In this document: piece after piece, positions 28,833 to 38,691 of the stretch
Numbering within the stretch: the first letter of the stretch is position 1
Layout of the letters: the number at the start of each line of letters is the position of its first letter
Assembly: GCA_964506505.1 (NCBI GenBank)
Contig: CAZDKY010000005.1
Location: 33,880-97,879 of the forward strand
DNA length: 64,000 bases
DNA from: an uncultured Syntrophomonadaceae bacterium
GTDB lineage: Bacteria > Bacillota > Dethiobacteria > DTU022
Reading direction: 5' to 3'
Made by a program: the position numbers and the translations under genes
Notes under the pieces: generated by a model
What the model was told of the DNA's origin: nothing
The model's database searches: none
Seen by the model: only the letters and a program-made list of their open reading frames with translations

Positions 28833-30428
28833 TTATCCCTCCTCGCTGCCATTAACAGTTGATACTGCAACCCGGTTGCGGCCTTTTTCCTTGGCCTGAT
28901 AAAGGGCCCTGTCGGCTGCTGAAAGTATATCTTCCAATCCGCTCATAGTTTCAGTGAGAACGGCCACGCCCATACTCACAGTAACCGGGATTTCTCTATT
29001 TTTAAAATCCACCGGGTTGTCAGCAACTGCTTCTTTTAATGATACAGCCAGCTTGCGGGCATCATCAATATTTATTTCCGGTAAAATAATACCTATTTCG
29101 TCTCCCCCCAGGCGGGCGGCAGTATCAACTGCTCGAAGGCGATTTAAAAAAAGCCGACCAATATGCTGGAGTGTATAATCACCGGCCTGGTGACCAAAGG
29201 AATCATTGATCTTTTTAAAATGATCAACGTCGAGCATGATCAATGCCAGTTTATGTCTATAGCGCTTTGCCCTTTTCAGTTCTTTGTCCATAGTTTCTAT
29301 GAAATAACGCCGGTTCCACAAACCCGTGAGAATATCTGTCGTGGCCAATGTTTTGAGTTCCTCTTCCACTTCTTTTCGCTCGGTGATATCACTCAATAGA
29401 ATAATATGGCCGGTGACAATCCTATTTTCCCCTTTCAGGGGCAGAAAATCTATCCTGAACCAGTGCGTTGATCCATTATCCTCTTTTTTTAACTCTACGT
29501 GATACTTCCTGTCAATCGCCGCCAGCAATTTGGCCAGCTTCGGCCAATAAGAAAGCACCTCAGCGGCTTTTTGACCTACTACCGGGCAATCGAGGCCCAA
29601 ATAACACCTGGCCGAATCATTAATATCAATGATCCGCAGGGCAGGATCCAGGATAAGGACCCCATAGGGCAGCTCCTCAAATAGTTTTGTCCGTACAATC
29701 GGGACCAGGTCAAAGAGCTTATAACGGAACAACCCCCAGGCAAAAACAATACTGCTCAGGGAGAGAAAAAAAGGATTAAAATCCAGGTTCCAGGTCAGAG
29801 GTCTGAACAGGTAGATCACCAGGCCAAACCAGGGAATTAAAGAACCGACCAGCATAATGGCAATTTGCCGGCGGTAAACTTTGTTCGCATTAGACCACAT
29901 CACCATAAAAAGTATATTACTGTATAAAATCGCCATCACAACATAGCCATTCTGCACCCAGTACCAGGGGCCCCTGACAAAGGAAATCACAGGGAAAAGC
30001 CCCTCTTGATCAATAAAAACATCCTGATATATTAAGCCGTGCAGCTGGTTGGTATAAAACAGGCTCACCGTAATCAGAGGAATGATAAAAAAAGAACTTT
30101 TGGCAATAATGCTGAAGCGATTGCTTTTTTCGGTGTACGCAAGAGCAAAAAGGATGAACAGAGCAGGAATAACCGCTATGCCAAGGTACTCAATCTTCAG
30201 CCATAACAGGACCGTTTTCAGGTTAAGTGATGATATTTCCAGCCCGTAGGCAGAGGAATATAAAGCACAGGCCAGAGCGAGCATAGAAAATTCCTTCGCC
30301 CCACCCGCCGTTTTATAATTCCAGGCGGTAAAAGCAAGAATTAGCATGAGCAAGCTAAAGATGTAGAGCGGAAGACTGTATAAATTAAAAACCATATCGT
30401 ATCTCCATAAATTGGTTTTAATGATCAT
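28833..30428 (-). CDS. membrane-bound diguanylate cyclase (7TM sensor region - PAS - GGDEF)
   Basis: N-terminal half with about 7 hydrophobic helices, a PAS-like segment, and a GGDEF domain whose signature reads RLGGDEI. RAVD lies five residues upstream (I-site). Confidence 0.85.
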   Translation of the reverse strand: MIIKTNLWRYDMVFNLYSLPLYIFSLLMLILAFTAWNYKTAGGAKEFSMLALACALYSSAYGLEISSLNLKTVLLWLKIEYLGIAVIPALFILFALAYTEKSNRFSIIAKSSFFIIPLITVSLFYTNQLHGLIYQDVFIDQEGLFPVISFVRGPWYWVQNGYVVMAILYSNILFMVMWSNANKVYRRQIAIMLVGSLIPWFGLVIYLFRPLTWNLDFNPFFLSLSSIVFAWGLFRYKLFDLVPIVRTKLFEELPYGVLILDPALRIIDINDSARCYLGLDCPVVGQKAAEVLSYWPKLAKLLAAIDRKYHVELKKEDNGSTHWFRIDFLPLKGENRIVTGHIILLSDITERKEVEEELKTLATTDILTGLWNRRYFIETMDKELKRAKRYRHKLALIMLDVDHFKKINDSFGHQAGDYTLQHIGRLFLNRLRAVDTAARLGGDEIGIILPEINIDDARKLAVSLKEAVADNPVDFKNREIPVTVSMGVAVLTETMSGLEDILSAADRALYQAKEKGRNRVAVSTVNGSEEG

Positions 30429-30498
30429 TCGACAACAACCGGCGAACCCCTTTTAACCAACGGCGGCAATATCACTGAACAATTATGATTTTGCCACA

Positions 30499-30540
30499 TA
30501 AAATAGGGACACATCTTTAAAAAATATGTCCCTATTTTAT
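30499..30540 (-). terminator. bidirectional-looking intrinsic terminator downstream of ltaE
   Basis: Stem AAATAGGGACA / TGTCCCTATTT around a 15-nt loop, flanked by A-run/T-run on either strand. Confidence 0.7.
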
Positions 30541-30713
30541 CAGTTAACCATGCTCTTGTATCCCGGCCGGGACGTTCTCTTTTAATATCCTGAAACTTTT
30601 TTAACATGTTTTCCGACCGGTTTAATTTTTTACACACCCGGGATCGGTTTTAAGATCAATGCTGACATTATTTAATTTTATGGCCAAAACTAGAAACTAT
30701 GCTTCTTCCAATT

Positions 30714-31742
30714 TCAAGCATGGGTAAGAATGTCTTTTACCGCAGTTATCGTTTTTTCTATGTCTCTGCGATTTACTTCCTTGTTGGTTGTAAAACGAAT
30801 CCGGTCCGGTTCAATTACTACAGTCAGGATGCCCCTTTTGGCCAGTTCGTCTCCGAAGCAACCGATGGACATGGTGGTAGGTTTGACAATTACAATATTT
30901 GTTTCCACGTCGGCAGGGTTAAATTCGATCCCCTCCAAATCAGCCAGACCGTCAGCGAGAAAGCGGGCATTGTCATGATCTTCAGCCAACCGGTCGATCA
31001 TCCTCTCGAGAGACACTATGCCAGCTGCTGCGATTATCCCCGCCTGGCGCATTCCACCACCCATTCTTTTCCGCCACCGCATGGCCCTCTCCATAAAATC
31101 ACGGGGACCCACTATAATGGAACCAACAGGAGCTCCGAGGCCCTTGGAAAGGCAAAACTGGACCGATGTGGCACTGGCGGCAAAATCTTTGGCCGGAATA
31201 CCTGAGGCAACGGAAGCATTAAAAATACGGGCACCGTCAAGGTGAACAGGTAGATTATGCCGGCAGGCCACATCATAGACCGCCTGCATATCTTCGAGGG
31301 GAATAACTATGCCGCCGGCCCGGTTATGAGTATTTTCCATACAGATCAACGAGGTGGGGGGAAGATGAATATCGTCTTCCCGGATAGCCCATTCTACCAG
31401 CTCGGCAGGAAGGGATCCCCTTTTTCCCGGCAGCGGCCGGGGTTGAACCCCACCAAAGACGGAAGCGGCTGCCGCTTCGTAGTAATAGATATGCGAATCC
31501 GCTTCCAGTATAATCTCCGTACCGGGGCGGGTATGGGCCAGAACGGAAATCTGGTTGCCCATTGTCCCGCTGGGTACCAACATGGCCGCTTCCTTGCCAA
31601 GCATCTCGGCAGCCATCTCCTGTAAGCGGTTGACCGATGGATCTTCACCGTAAACATCGTCTCCTACTTCAGCCCTGTAAATAGCCTGCCGCATTTCATC
31701 GGTGGGCAAGGTAATAGTATCACTGCGCAAATCGATCATCAT
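30714..31742 (-). CDS. ltaE: low-specificity L-threonine aldolase
   Basis: IDLRSDT start, GDDVYGEDP, GTMGNQ and SKGLGAPVGS PLP-lysine motifs. Confidence 0.88.
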   Translation of the reverse strand: MMIDLRSDTITLPTDEMRQAIYRAEVGDDVYGEDPSVNRLQEMAAEMLGKEAAMLVPSGTMGNQISVLAHTRPGTEIILEADSHIYYYEAAAASVFGGVQPRPLPGKRGSLPAELVEWAIREDDIHLPPTSLICMENTHNRAGGIVIPLEDMQAVYDVACRHNLPVHLDGARIFNASVASGIPAKDFAASATSVQFCLSKGLGAPVGSIIVGPRDFMERAMRWRKRMGGGMRQAGIIAAAGIVSLERMIDRLAEDHDNARFLADGLADLEGIEFNPADVETNIVIVKPTTMSIGCFGDELAKRGILTVVIEPDRIRFTTNKEVNRRDIEKTITAVKDILTHA

Positions 31743-33970
31743 ATATTCCTCCCCGGATATTCATTGGTAATGTCTTCTTGTTCACAGAAATCGAGGGTAA
31801 AATAAAATGAGGTCCCCTCTCCTGGCTTCCTTTCCGCCCATATTCTGCCGCCGTGCCTGTCTATGATCCTCTGGACAATGCTTAAACCAATGCCGGTTCC
31901 GGAATATTCATCGGGGGGATGAAGTCTCCGGAAGGGTTTAAATAGATCCTCGGCATAAGCCATATCGAAACCGATCCCGTTGTCACGGATGAAATAGATC
32001 TTCCTGTTCTCTTTTTTGAAACAGCCTACCTCTATGCGTCCGGGATCAGAAATTGCAGTAAACTTCCAGGCATTATCGAGCATGTTTTCCAAAGCTATAC
32101 GCAGCAGGGCAGCATCCCCGACAGCTTCAAGCCCTTCTGCGATGACGAATTCGAACCTGCGCTGCGGATCTTTTTCTTGCAGTTGTCTGGCGTAAGCTTC
32201 GGCCATATCTGTCAGGTTGATGCGATCTCTGTGCAACTCCTGCCTGGTTACACGGGATAACTTGAGAAGATCGTTAATCAGGTTGTTCATCCGGCGGGCG
32301 GAAGCACAAACCCTCTGCAGATAATCCACACCCTGATCGTCGAGATATTCACCGTAGTCTTCGAGAACCGCTTCACTGAAACCTCCTATACTGCGCAGGG
32401 GAGCGCGCAGGTCATGCGATACGGAATATGTAAAAGCAGTGAGCTCCCGGTTGGCATTCTCCAGTTTAGCTGTCCGTTCGCGGACTCTCTGTTCCAGTTC
32501 CTCATTAAGACGCTTCAGCTCTTTTTCCGTTTCTTTCAGCTCGGTAATGTCAAGAGAAGTGTCGAGCGCCCCTATTATTTCACCGTTCCGATCATAAACG
32601 GGAGTACCGGTTACCCTCCAGCAACTACCATCCGGATATTCGACGGTATTCAGAGTCCTGCGGCCGGTGTCAAGGCATTCCACCACCGGGCAACCCGGAC
32701 ATGGTTCAGTGTACCCGTACCAGGCTCTAAAACATTTTTCACCGATATAATCAGCAGGGTTTTTTTGGTGAATTTCGGCAACCAGACGGTTAGCCCAGTT
32801 GATCCGCATATCTTTGTCCATGTACGTAACCAGTTCGGCCAGATTTTCCAAAATGAGATTCTTTTCCTGCTGTTCTTTATTCAGTTTCTCCTCATGCCTT
32901 TTCCTCTCCGTGATATCCTTGGACACGCAGATAATCCCGATTGGCTCCCCGGCTTTGTTTTTCATGTACGACAGTGAGTTTTCGACCCAGACCGTCGAAC
33001 CGTCCTTTTTGTATTCTTCCAGCTCTATCTGGAGGGTCTTTGTAAAATCAGCCTTGCCTTCCGCAAGCAACTGCATTTCCCGTTGCAGGGTCTCCCTGAT
33101 TAGACACAGCGATTCAGGAGTAAAGGTCTGTTCCAGATTCCGTTCCAGAGCTTCCGAAGATGTAAAACCCTGCAGATTGTAAATGGACGGGCTGACATAG
33201 AGATAATTGAGATCCATATCCATGAGGGTAATGGTATCGGCAGTATTTTCAGCGATGAGGCGGTATTTTTCTTCACTCTGCAACAATTCCTTTTCTTTTT
33301 CTCGACCGCGGTAGTAATAATAGGTAACGGTGACAGCAAGGGCAAAAATAACCGTCAGGGCCAGGGCTGCTATATTCTGATGTCTGGCAGCAGCCGCATC
33401 CAGATCAGTCAGATAAATACCGGTGCCGACAATCCACTGCCAGGGCTCATAAGCTGCAACATAGGAAAGCTTACCCCCTGTTCGCTCGCTGTCGTCATAG
33501 TACTGCCACTGGTAAGTGAGATGTCCGGCGCCATCTTCCCGGGCAATCCTGACCATTTCCCGGAACAGCAAAAAGCCGGTTTCATCTTCAGTTTCAGAAA
33601 CATCTGTTTTTTCCAGTTCCGGCCGGAAGGGGTGCACAATTACGGTAGCATCATAATCGATAATCCAGAAATAATCCCGATTATCTTCACCGTAGCGCAT
33701 TTCCCGGATCAGCCGGGTAGCTTCTTCCTTCGCCTCTTCAGTACTTAATATTCCCTGGTCTTCCAGGTTCCTGAAATGGTCGATTACAGTCAACCCGTTG
33801 TCCACCATTTCACTGGTGAAAACCTCTTTTTCCCGGTAAATATCCGCTCGCAGGGCTGGCAGGATCAAAAAAAGATAGAGGCTGACAAAAAGAATCAGCA
33901 GCAGGAAAACGACCAGCAGCAACCGAAAATTTTCTTTTTTTCTCAGAAAATCGCTCAAGTTAATTTGCAA
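31739..33970 (-). CDS. sensor histidine kinase (Cache-like extracytoplasmic domain, 2 PAS, HisKA, HATPase_c)
   Basis: TM - about 170-aa periplasmic-type domain - TM, PAS-like segments, H-box SHDLRAPL, and N/G boxes (DNAWKF, DNGIGF, GTGIGLS). No response regulator is adjacent. Confidence 0.88.
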   Translation of the reverse strand: MQINLSDFLRKKENFRLLLVVFLLLILFVSLYLFLILPALRADIYREKEVFTSEMVDNGLTVIDHFRNLEDQGILSTEEAKEEATRLIREMRYGEDNRDYFWIIDYDATVIVHPFRPELEKTDVSETEDETGFLLFREMVRIAREDGAGHLTYQWQYYDDSERTGGKLSYVAAYEPWQWIVGTGIYLTDLDAAAARHQNIAALALTVIFALAVTVTYYYYRGREKEKELLQSEEKYRLIAENTADTITLMDMDLNYLYVSPSIYNLQGFTSSEALERNLEQTFTPESLCLIRETLQREMQLLAEGKADFTKTLQIELEEYKKDGSTVWVENSLSYMKNKAGEPIGIICVSKDITERKRHEEKLNKEQQEKNLILENLAELVTYMDKDMRINWANRLVAEIHQKNPADYIGEKCFRAWYGYTEPCPGCPVVECLDTGRRTLNTVEYPDGSCWRVTGTPVYDRNGEIIGALDTSLDITELKETEKELKRLNEELEQRVRERTAKLENANRELTAFTYSVSHDLRAPLRSIGGFSEAVLEDYGEYLDDQGVDYLQRVCASARRMNNLINDLLKLSRVTRQELHRDRINLTDMAEAYARQLQEKDPQRRFEFVIAEGLEAVGDAALLRIALENMLDNAWKFTAISDPGRIEVGCFKKENRKIYFIRDNGIGFDMAYAEDLFKPFRRLHPPDEYSGTGIGLSIVQRIIDRHGGRIWAERKPGEGTSFYFTLDFCEQEDITNEYPGRNI

Positions 33971-34206
33971 ATAATCTTAACCTCGTCATTCCAATATTGA
34001 TCATGATGTTTGAAGGACAAGCAAAAACTTGCTCTTCGAATAAAAACTATTCGTAATTAACCGGCCATTTTTAATAGTAATATATACAACAAGTTAACTT
34101 AATATCCTTTAAGCTAAGGAAATTGGAAAACTGTAGATCCCTGCAAAAATTTGATTTTCGCTACCGGGACAGTCATCAATTCTTCTTTATCTTTATCTTT
34201 GTTTGC

Positions 34207-35532
34207 TCAGTCGACCCTGAAAAAGGATTCATCAAATTCTGGATTGTTCTCATAGCGGGCCATGAAAAAACCGGGCAGAGTATCGATCTGCGAAAAAAGT
34301 TCCGCTTCTACAGGAATCCCAGCTCCGTTAAGTGCCCTGACAATCCCGGCGGGATCGGGCGGGCATCCCCTGGCAGCTAACATTTTCCGGATAACCGGGT
34401 GATTTCTGTTGCGGCGGTACATACATTCCCCGATCAGGACGGTTGCCTTCATCCCCGGCGTCGGTTCCATCAGCTTGCCGGTCAGTACTTCCACTCCGTC
34501 CCACGGCTGACCCTGCCAGGCCTGCCGGATAGCAGTCAGGATGAGGCCATTCAGTCTCGAGCAGTAGGTGCACAGGGTGCTGTCAAATTTCCTGTAAAAC
34601 AGCCCTTTTATACCCTGCCTGGCCAGCGCGAGAGGCATTTCCCCCCACTGGTTCCTGCTGTAGGGAAAATCAAATTCATGGTGGGACACTGTATCTTCAA
34701 TTCTTCTGCCGATTACTTCTATGTCGGAAAGATCTTTCGGCCGGCCCACCCTTTCAATCGCCGCAGCCAGGTGCTCTACGAAGAACGGTTCATAACCCAG
34801 TATCCTGGCGCCAACCATATCAGCAGAAAGAATGTCACCCGAAGCGATCAGGAGGTTTTTGCGATGCATTCTGCCGTCAAATCCCGGCCCGCGCTCCAGA
34901 CTGTAGATGCCGTCAATAACAGTTAGGATCGGGGGCAGGGGATCGGCCAGCCTGGCGATATGATAGTGAAGATTTTTCCGCCTGTCGGGGCTGTGGCATT
35001 TCTTGCGGGAAACAATATCGATTGTCCCTTTCAAATTTTTCAGGCCAAGGCTGACAACAGTCTGGTTATGCGTCTTAAGGACTGGGAGATCGACGACGAA
35101 ATCGCTGTCCAGGATATCTTCATTGTAGTTTAGGCTAATCCCGCCTTCCAGTTCGATCTTCCGGAAGGGTCTTTTCATGATATTGACAAACCTGACCCCG
35201 TATTTCTCCTTGAGGGTTTCATAGCCAAGCGCCCGGAAGGCATGGATGGGAGTATCTTCATCTCCGGGATCGGCAACCATCCCCTCACCGATGGTGATAT
35301 CATTTATCCCATGCTCCTTAATGACTTTCACCACATCTTCCAAAAGACGCGATGTAGTGATCACACCCCACTTCGGGAAAGAGCAGGCGCGGGTCCAAAA
35401 AACGATATTCGGCTTGATAAAAACCCGCGCTCCGGTGGCCATCTTCGCCAGGCCATTGCAGTCCAGAATTGCTTTCTGCACCGACTGATACGGCTTTTCA
35501 TAGCGAACAATGGAAACATGATATCGGCGCAT
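34207..35532 (-). CDS. DUF362 domain protein (long form, no canonical ferredoxin domain)
   Basis: ARVFIKPNIV DUF362 start motif. 441 aa. The C-terminal part has scattered Cys (CTYC, GECM, GCPP) but no CxxCxxCxxxCP. Confidence 0.65.
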   Translation of the reverse strand: MRRYHVSIVRYEKPYQSVQKAILDCNGLAKMATGARVFIKPNIVFWTRACSFPKWGVITTSRLLEDVVKVIKEHGINDITIGEGMVADPGDEDTPIHAFRALGYETLKEKYGVRFVNIMKRPFRKIELEGGISLNYNEDILDSDFVVDLPVLKTHNQTVVSLGLKNLKGTIDIVSRKKCHSPDRRKNLHYHIARLADPLPPILTVIDGIYSLERGPGFDGRMHRKNLLIASGDILSADMVGARILGYEPFFVEHLAAAIERVGRPKDLSDIEVIGRRIEDTVSHHEFDFPYSRNQWGEMPLALARQGIKGLFYRKFDSTLCTYCSRLNGLILTAIRQAWQGQPWDGVEVLTGKLMEPTPGMKATVLIGECMYRRNRNHPVIRKMLAARGCPPDPAGIVRALNGAGIPVEAELFSQIDTLPGFFMARYENNPEFDESFFRVD

Positions 35533-35577
35533 CCTACATCCTCCCGGCGAGTATAAAAGATTCTCATGGGCATAAAA

Positions 35578-37047
35578 TCAATGAAGAAAAGATCCGAAGA
35601 TCAGAAAAGAGGCGGTGATGCAGAAAGGCACGATCAGAGTCAAAAGCAATCCCGCCTTCAGAAAATCCCGGATTGAAAAATAACCGGCGGAATAGGGTAT
35701 GACATTGGTGGGACTGGAAGTCACCAGCAGAAAAGCAAGGGAAGTGGCTATAGCCACCGGTCCGGCCAGCATCCAGGGGTTTAAATTCAGCTCCGCCGCG
35801 AGGGCAATCACCAGGGGCACCATAATTACGCCGGTTACAGTATTACTGGAAAAGAATACTTTCAGGACCTCCACAGCCAGAACAGCCAGAATAATTCTAA
35901 CAGCCAGTGTAAGGCTACCGAGAGGTGAAAAGGCGATGGCCGACAACCAGCCGGCTGCTCCCGTTTCGTAAATTACTGATCCCAGGGAAAGGCCGGCGGC
36001 AATGAGAACAATTGCCCCCCAGTCTACATCTTTCTGGGCTTCTTTCCAGCTTAAGAGATCAATCCCCGGCAGAAAGAAAAGGGCAGCAGCAGCCAGGGCT
36101 ACTATTTCGATAGGTACCGAGTAACCGGTAAGCAGAATAAGGAGAGGATCACCAACCCAGAACACAACGGCCAATAAAAATATTGTTAATGCTTTAATTT
36201 CCCGGGCAGTTAACTTTTCCTTTTTTGCCGAGCCCTTCACAGGCAGCCCGGCAAGGATCTCCTCTGATACCGGTTCGGGAGGGAAAACCCTGACCAGCAG
36301 CAGGTAAGCCAGGGGTAAAATCAGGAGGGCTGCCGGCACGCCGACAATCATCCAGCGTAGAAAATCAATCTGGATCCCGGCCAGATCACGCAGATAGCCA
36401 AGAGCGACAACATTGGCTCCGTTGCCAACCGGAGTTGATATGCCGCCAATAGCCGGCCCCCAGGCTACAGCGATCATCAGGGAACGGCCAAAATTGCTTT
36501 TCAGCGGCAGAGCTCTGCAACGATGCAAAATGTTTAAGGCTACTGGCAGTAAAATGGCCGATACCGACATGTTCACTATCCACATGGAAAGCAGCGCCCC
36601 GAGCATCATAAATACAAGCACCAGTTTACGAGGATTGAAACCGACCCGATTGATGATCGCCGCCGTCAGGCGATCTGCAAGGCCGGAACGGGTCAGCCCC
36701 GAAGAAATGACCAGAATGCCGATAAAGAAGACTACCACCGTATTGCCAAAACCGTAGGCTACCGTCTCTTTTAAAGGATGCAGCCCCAGCAGAGGCACCA
36801 GAAGAAGCCCAATTAGAGCAGCAATAACGAAAGGAACCGCTTCAGTAACCCAGAGGATAATAACAAAAGCAAGAACAGCCAGGGCTGCTTTCCCTTCCGC
36901 AGTAAGCAAGGGCTCTACCCCGGTAGCATTAAAAATATCGAGAGGCAGGAGGTACAGGACAACCAGGACCAGCACCGCTGCCAACAGTATAAATATACGC
37001 TTCAATGGGGTTTGAATATTGTTGTTTTCACCGGGCTTTACGGACAA
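35578..37047 (-). CDS. DASS/SLC13-family anion (di/tricarboxylate or sulfate) permease
   Basis: 489 aa, highly hydrophobic, with repeated hairpin-type motifs (GPAIGGISTPVGNGANV and TSSPTNVIPY) typical of the ArsB/NhaD-DASS superfamily. Confidence 0.75.
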   Translation of the reverse strand: MSVKPGENNNIQTPLKRIFILLAAVLVLVVLYLLPLDIFNATGVEPLLTAEGKAALAVLAFVIILWVTEAVPFVIAALIGLLLVPLLGLHPLKETVAYGFGNTVVVFFIGILVISSGLTRSGLADRLTAAIINRVGFNPRKLVLVFMMLGALLSMWIVNMSVSAILLPVALNILHRCRALPLKSNFGRSLMIAVAWGPAIGGISTPVGNGANVVALGYLRDLAGIQIDFLRWMIVGVPAALLILPLAYLLLVRVFPPEPVSEEILAGLPVKGSAKKEKLTAREIKALTIFLLAVVFWVGDPLLILLTGYSVPIEIVALAAAALFFLPGIDLLSWKEAQKDVDWGAIVLIAAGLSLGSVIYETGAAGWLSAIAFSPLGSLTLAVRIILAVLAVEVLKVFFSSNTVTGVIMVPLVIALAAELNLNPWMLAGPVAIATSLAFLLVTSSPTNVIPYSAGYFSIRDFLKAGLLLTLIVPFCITASFLIFGSFLH

Positions 37048-37264
37048 ATTATTAATATCCCTTCATCATTTATATCCCTGTTTCAAATGACCCAAACTAA
37101 TGCGATAATAGCATTTCAGGCTGCCGGCCATCAATAATCACCCATTCCTCATCACCCTGCAGGACCGCGCCGGTATCATTTTTATAAAACCGGTTATCTA
37201 AAAAAGCTTACTGCAGTTAACAGCTGGCTGTCAAGCAATCCCGGCTTGATAACAAAGGCAGCCG

Positions 37265-37825
37265 CTATCTTTTCAGAAAGTCCCAGAAACCCTTTTTCGG
37301 TGGTTCCGGAAAATCATCCTCCGTTTCTATAATGCCGTTTTCATTTTGCTGTTCCCTTAGTTTCTCTTCCAACTTTTGCTTTTCGGCTTCCAATTCAGCC
37401 TGCTCCTTTGCAACGGCTTCTTCGCGTTCTCTCTTCTGCTTGTTTAGTTCTTCGGACAGTTTATTTTTTTCAGCTTCCAGTTCGGCTTTAGCCCTCTCTG
37501 CAGCTTCTTCACGTTCTTTTTTGAACCTTTCTAATTCTTCTTCCAGTTTCTTGTTTTCATTTTCCAGAAATTTTACGCGGCGCTGTAATTCTTTTTTAAG
37601 ATTGCGCTCACTTTCAGATTTTATATAGTTATGGATGCTGCGGTAAATTCCATAAAAAACCATGACAAGGATCCCCGCCAGAGCAGAACCCAGAATCAAC
37701 GTAAACAGGGTCAGCTCCACCTGGCCAAAAATATAATTTACAGTAACCATTTCATTATTGAGCACAGCTACTATGGCAACAGCCAGGGCCAGTATTATCA
37801 TCAAGACAATGAATAAAGTCCTCAT
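37265..37825 (-). CDS. LapA-domain membrane protein with a long K/E-rich coiled coil
   Basis: Two N-terminal TM helices (DUF1049/LapA-like) followed by about 110 aa of E/K heptad-like sequence. Confidence 0.6.
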   Translation of the reverse strand: MRTLFIVLMIILALAVAIVAVLNNEMVTVNYIFGQVELTLFTLILGSALAGILVMVFYGIYRSIHNYIKSESERNLKKELQRRVKFLENENKKLEEELERFKKEREEAAERAKAELEAEKNKLSEELNKQKREREEAVAKEQAELEAEKQKLEEKLREQQNENGIIETEDDFPEPPKKGFWDFLKR

Positions 37826-38185
37826 TTTCCTTTCCCCTCCAATCGATTTAAATTCGAGTTTACCGGCCTGGTTCCAAAAGTAAATCTGGCCGGGACGCTC
37901 TATATATTGAATTCCACAATAACTTTGATATTCCTCTGATAATAGAGTAGTAGGGTTCGGTTCTTTAAATATAAGATCTATGGTTGAGCCTCAAATATTG
38001 GACTCAGATCGTACAAAATGATATTTTATCGACTTGATCACAGCTAATTGACTTGATCTTAGATTGTCGAGTAGATATATGCACATCCCAACTTTTTGTT
38101 AACAATAAATATCACAGGCAACAAAGAGGATCCGCTATGCTCCGGTTAGAAGGAGCCACAAAGAGTCTTTCCAAATGTTTTATAG

Positions 38186-38214
38186 TTGAAATAACTGCTT
38201 TAAAGTGCTATGAT
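38186..38214 (+). promoter_or_regulatory. sigma-A promoter of the thiamine salvage operon
   Basis: TTGAAA (38186-38191), 17 nt, TATGAT (38209-38214), directly upstream of the TPP riboswitch. Confidence 0.65.
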
Positions 38215-38221
38215 AAGGAAA

Positions 38222-38325
38222 ATGAATAGTGCCAAGGGGAGCTGGGGTAACCCGGCTGAGAAAGAACTGTTCCTGTTCTGACCCTTTGACCTGATCTGGA
38301 TAATGCCAGCGTAGGGATGTTTTTA
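38222..38325 (+). promoter_or_regulatory. TPP (THI-box) riboswitch aptamer
   Basis: Conserved blocks read directly: GGGGAGC...CTGAGA...ACCCTTTGACCTGATCTGGATAATGCCAGCGTAGGGA. Confidence 0.9.
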
Positions 38326-38339
38326 AGCTTTTTTTCAGG

Positions 38340-38371
38340 CTGTCGCCCATGTTGGTGGCAGTTTTTATTTT
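38340..38371 (+). terminator. riboswitch expression-platform terminator
   Basis: Stem CTGTCGCC / GGTGGCAG (two G-U pairs) followed by TTTTTATTTT, 30 nt before the first ORF. Confidence 0.6.
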
Positions 38372-38400
38372 AAATTCTTTTGGAGGAAGGAAGTGTATCA

Positions 38401-38691
38401 ATGCCCGTCTGCAATCTCAGTCTGCAGATTATTCCCGTTGTTCCCGAAGAACAGGTTTATCCTATTGTCGACCGGGTTATTGCCATGATCGCTGAATCGA
38501 AAGTGAAATATGTGGTCGGACCAATGGAAACAACCATGGAAGGAGAACTTGACGATCTTCTGGATGTTGTTAAGAGGGCCCAGACTCTGTGTGCCGACAC
38601 CGGAGCCGAGCGTGTCCTTTCCGTGATCAAGATCGATTACCGCACCGGGGGAGTGACCATGGATGAAAAAATGGCTAAATATAAAAAATAA
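38401..38691 (+). CDS. MTH1187/YkoF-family thiamine-binding protein
   Basis: About 96 aa with LQIIPV...V.....I..S....VGPMETTMEG, characteristic of the DUF77 family. GGAGGAAGG RBS. First gene behind the TPP riboswitch. Confidence 0.75.
   Translation: MPVCNLSLQIIPVVPEEQVYPIVDRVIAMIAESKVKYVVGPMETTMEGELDDLLDVVKRAQTLCADTGAERVLSVIKIDYRTGGVTMDEKMAKYKK

Noticed and set aside
30425-30637. 70-aa minus-strand ORF upstream of the diguanylate cyclase.
   Set aside because: It spans the terminator hairpin (30499-30540) and the cyclase promoter region. It has no RBS and its composition does not look like a real protein.
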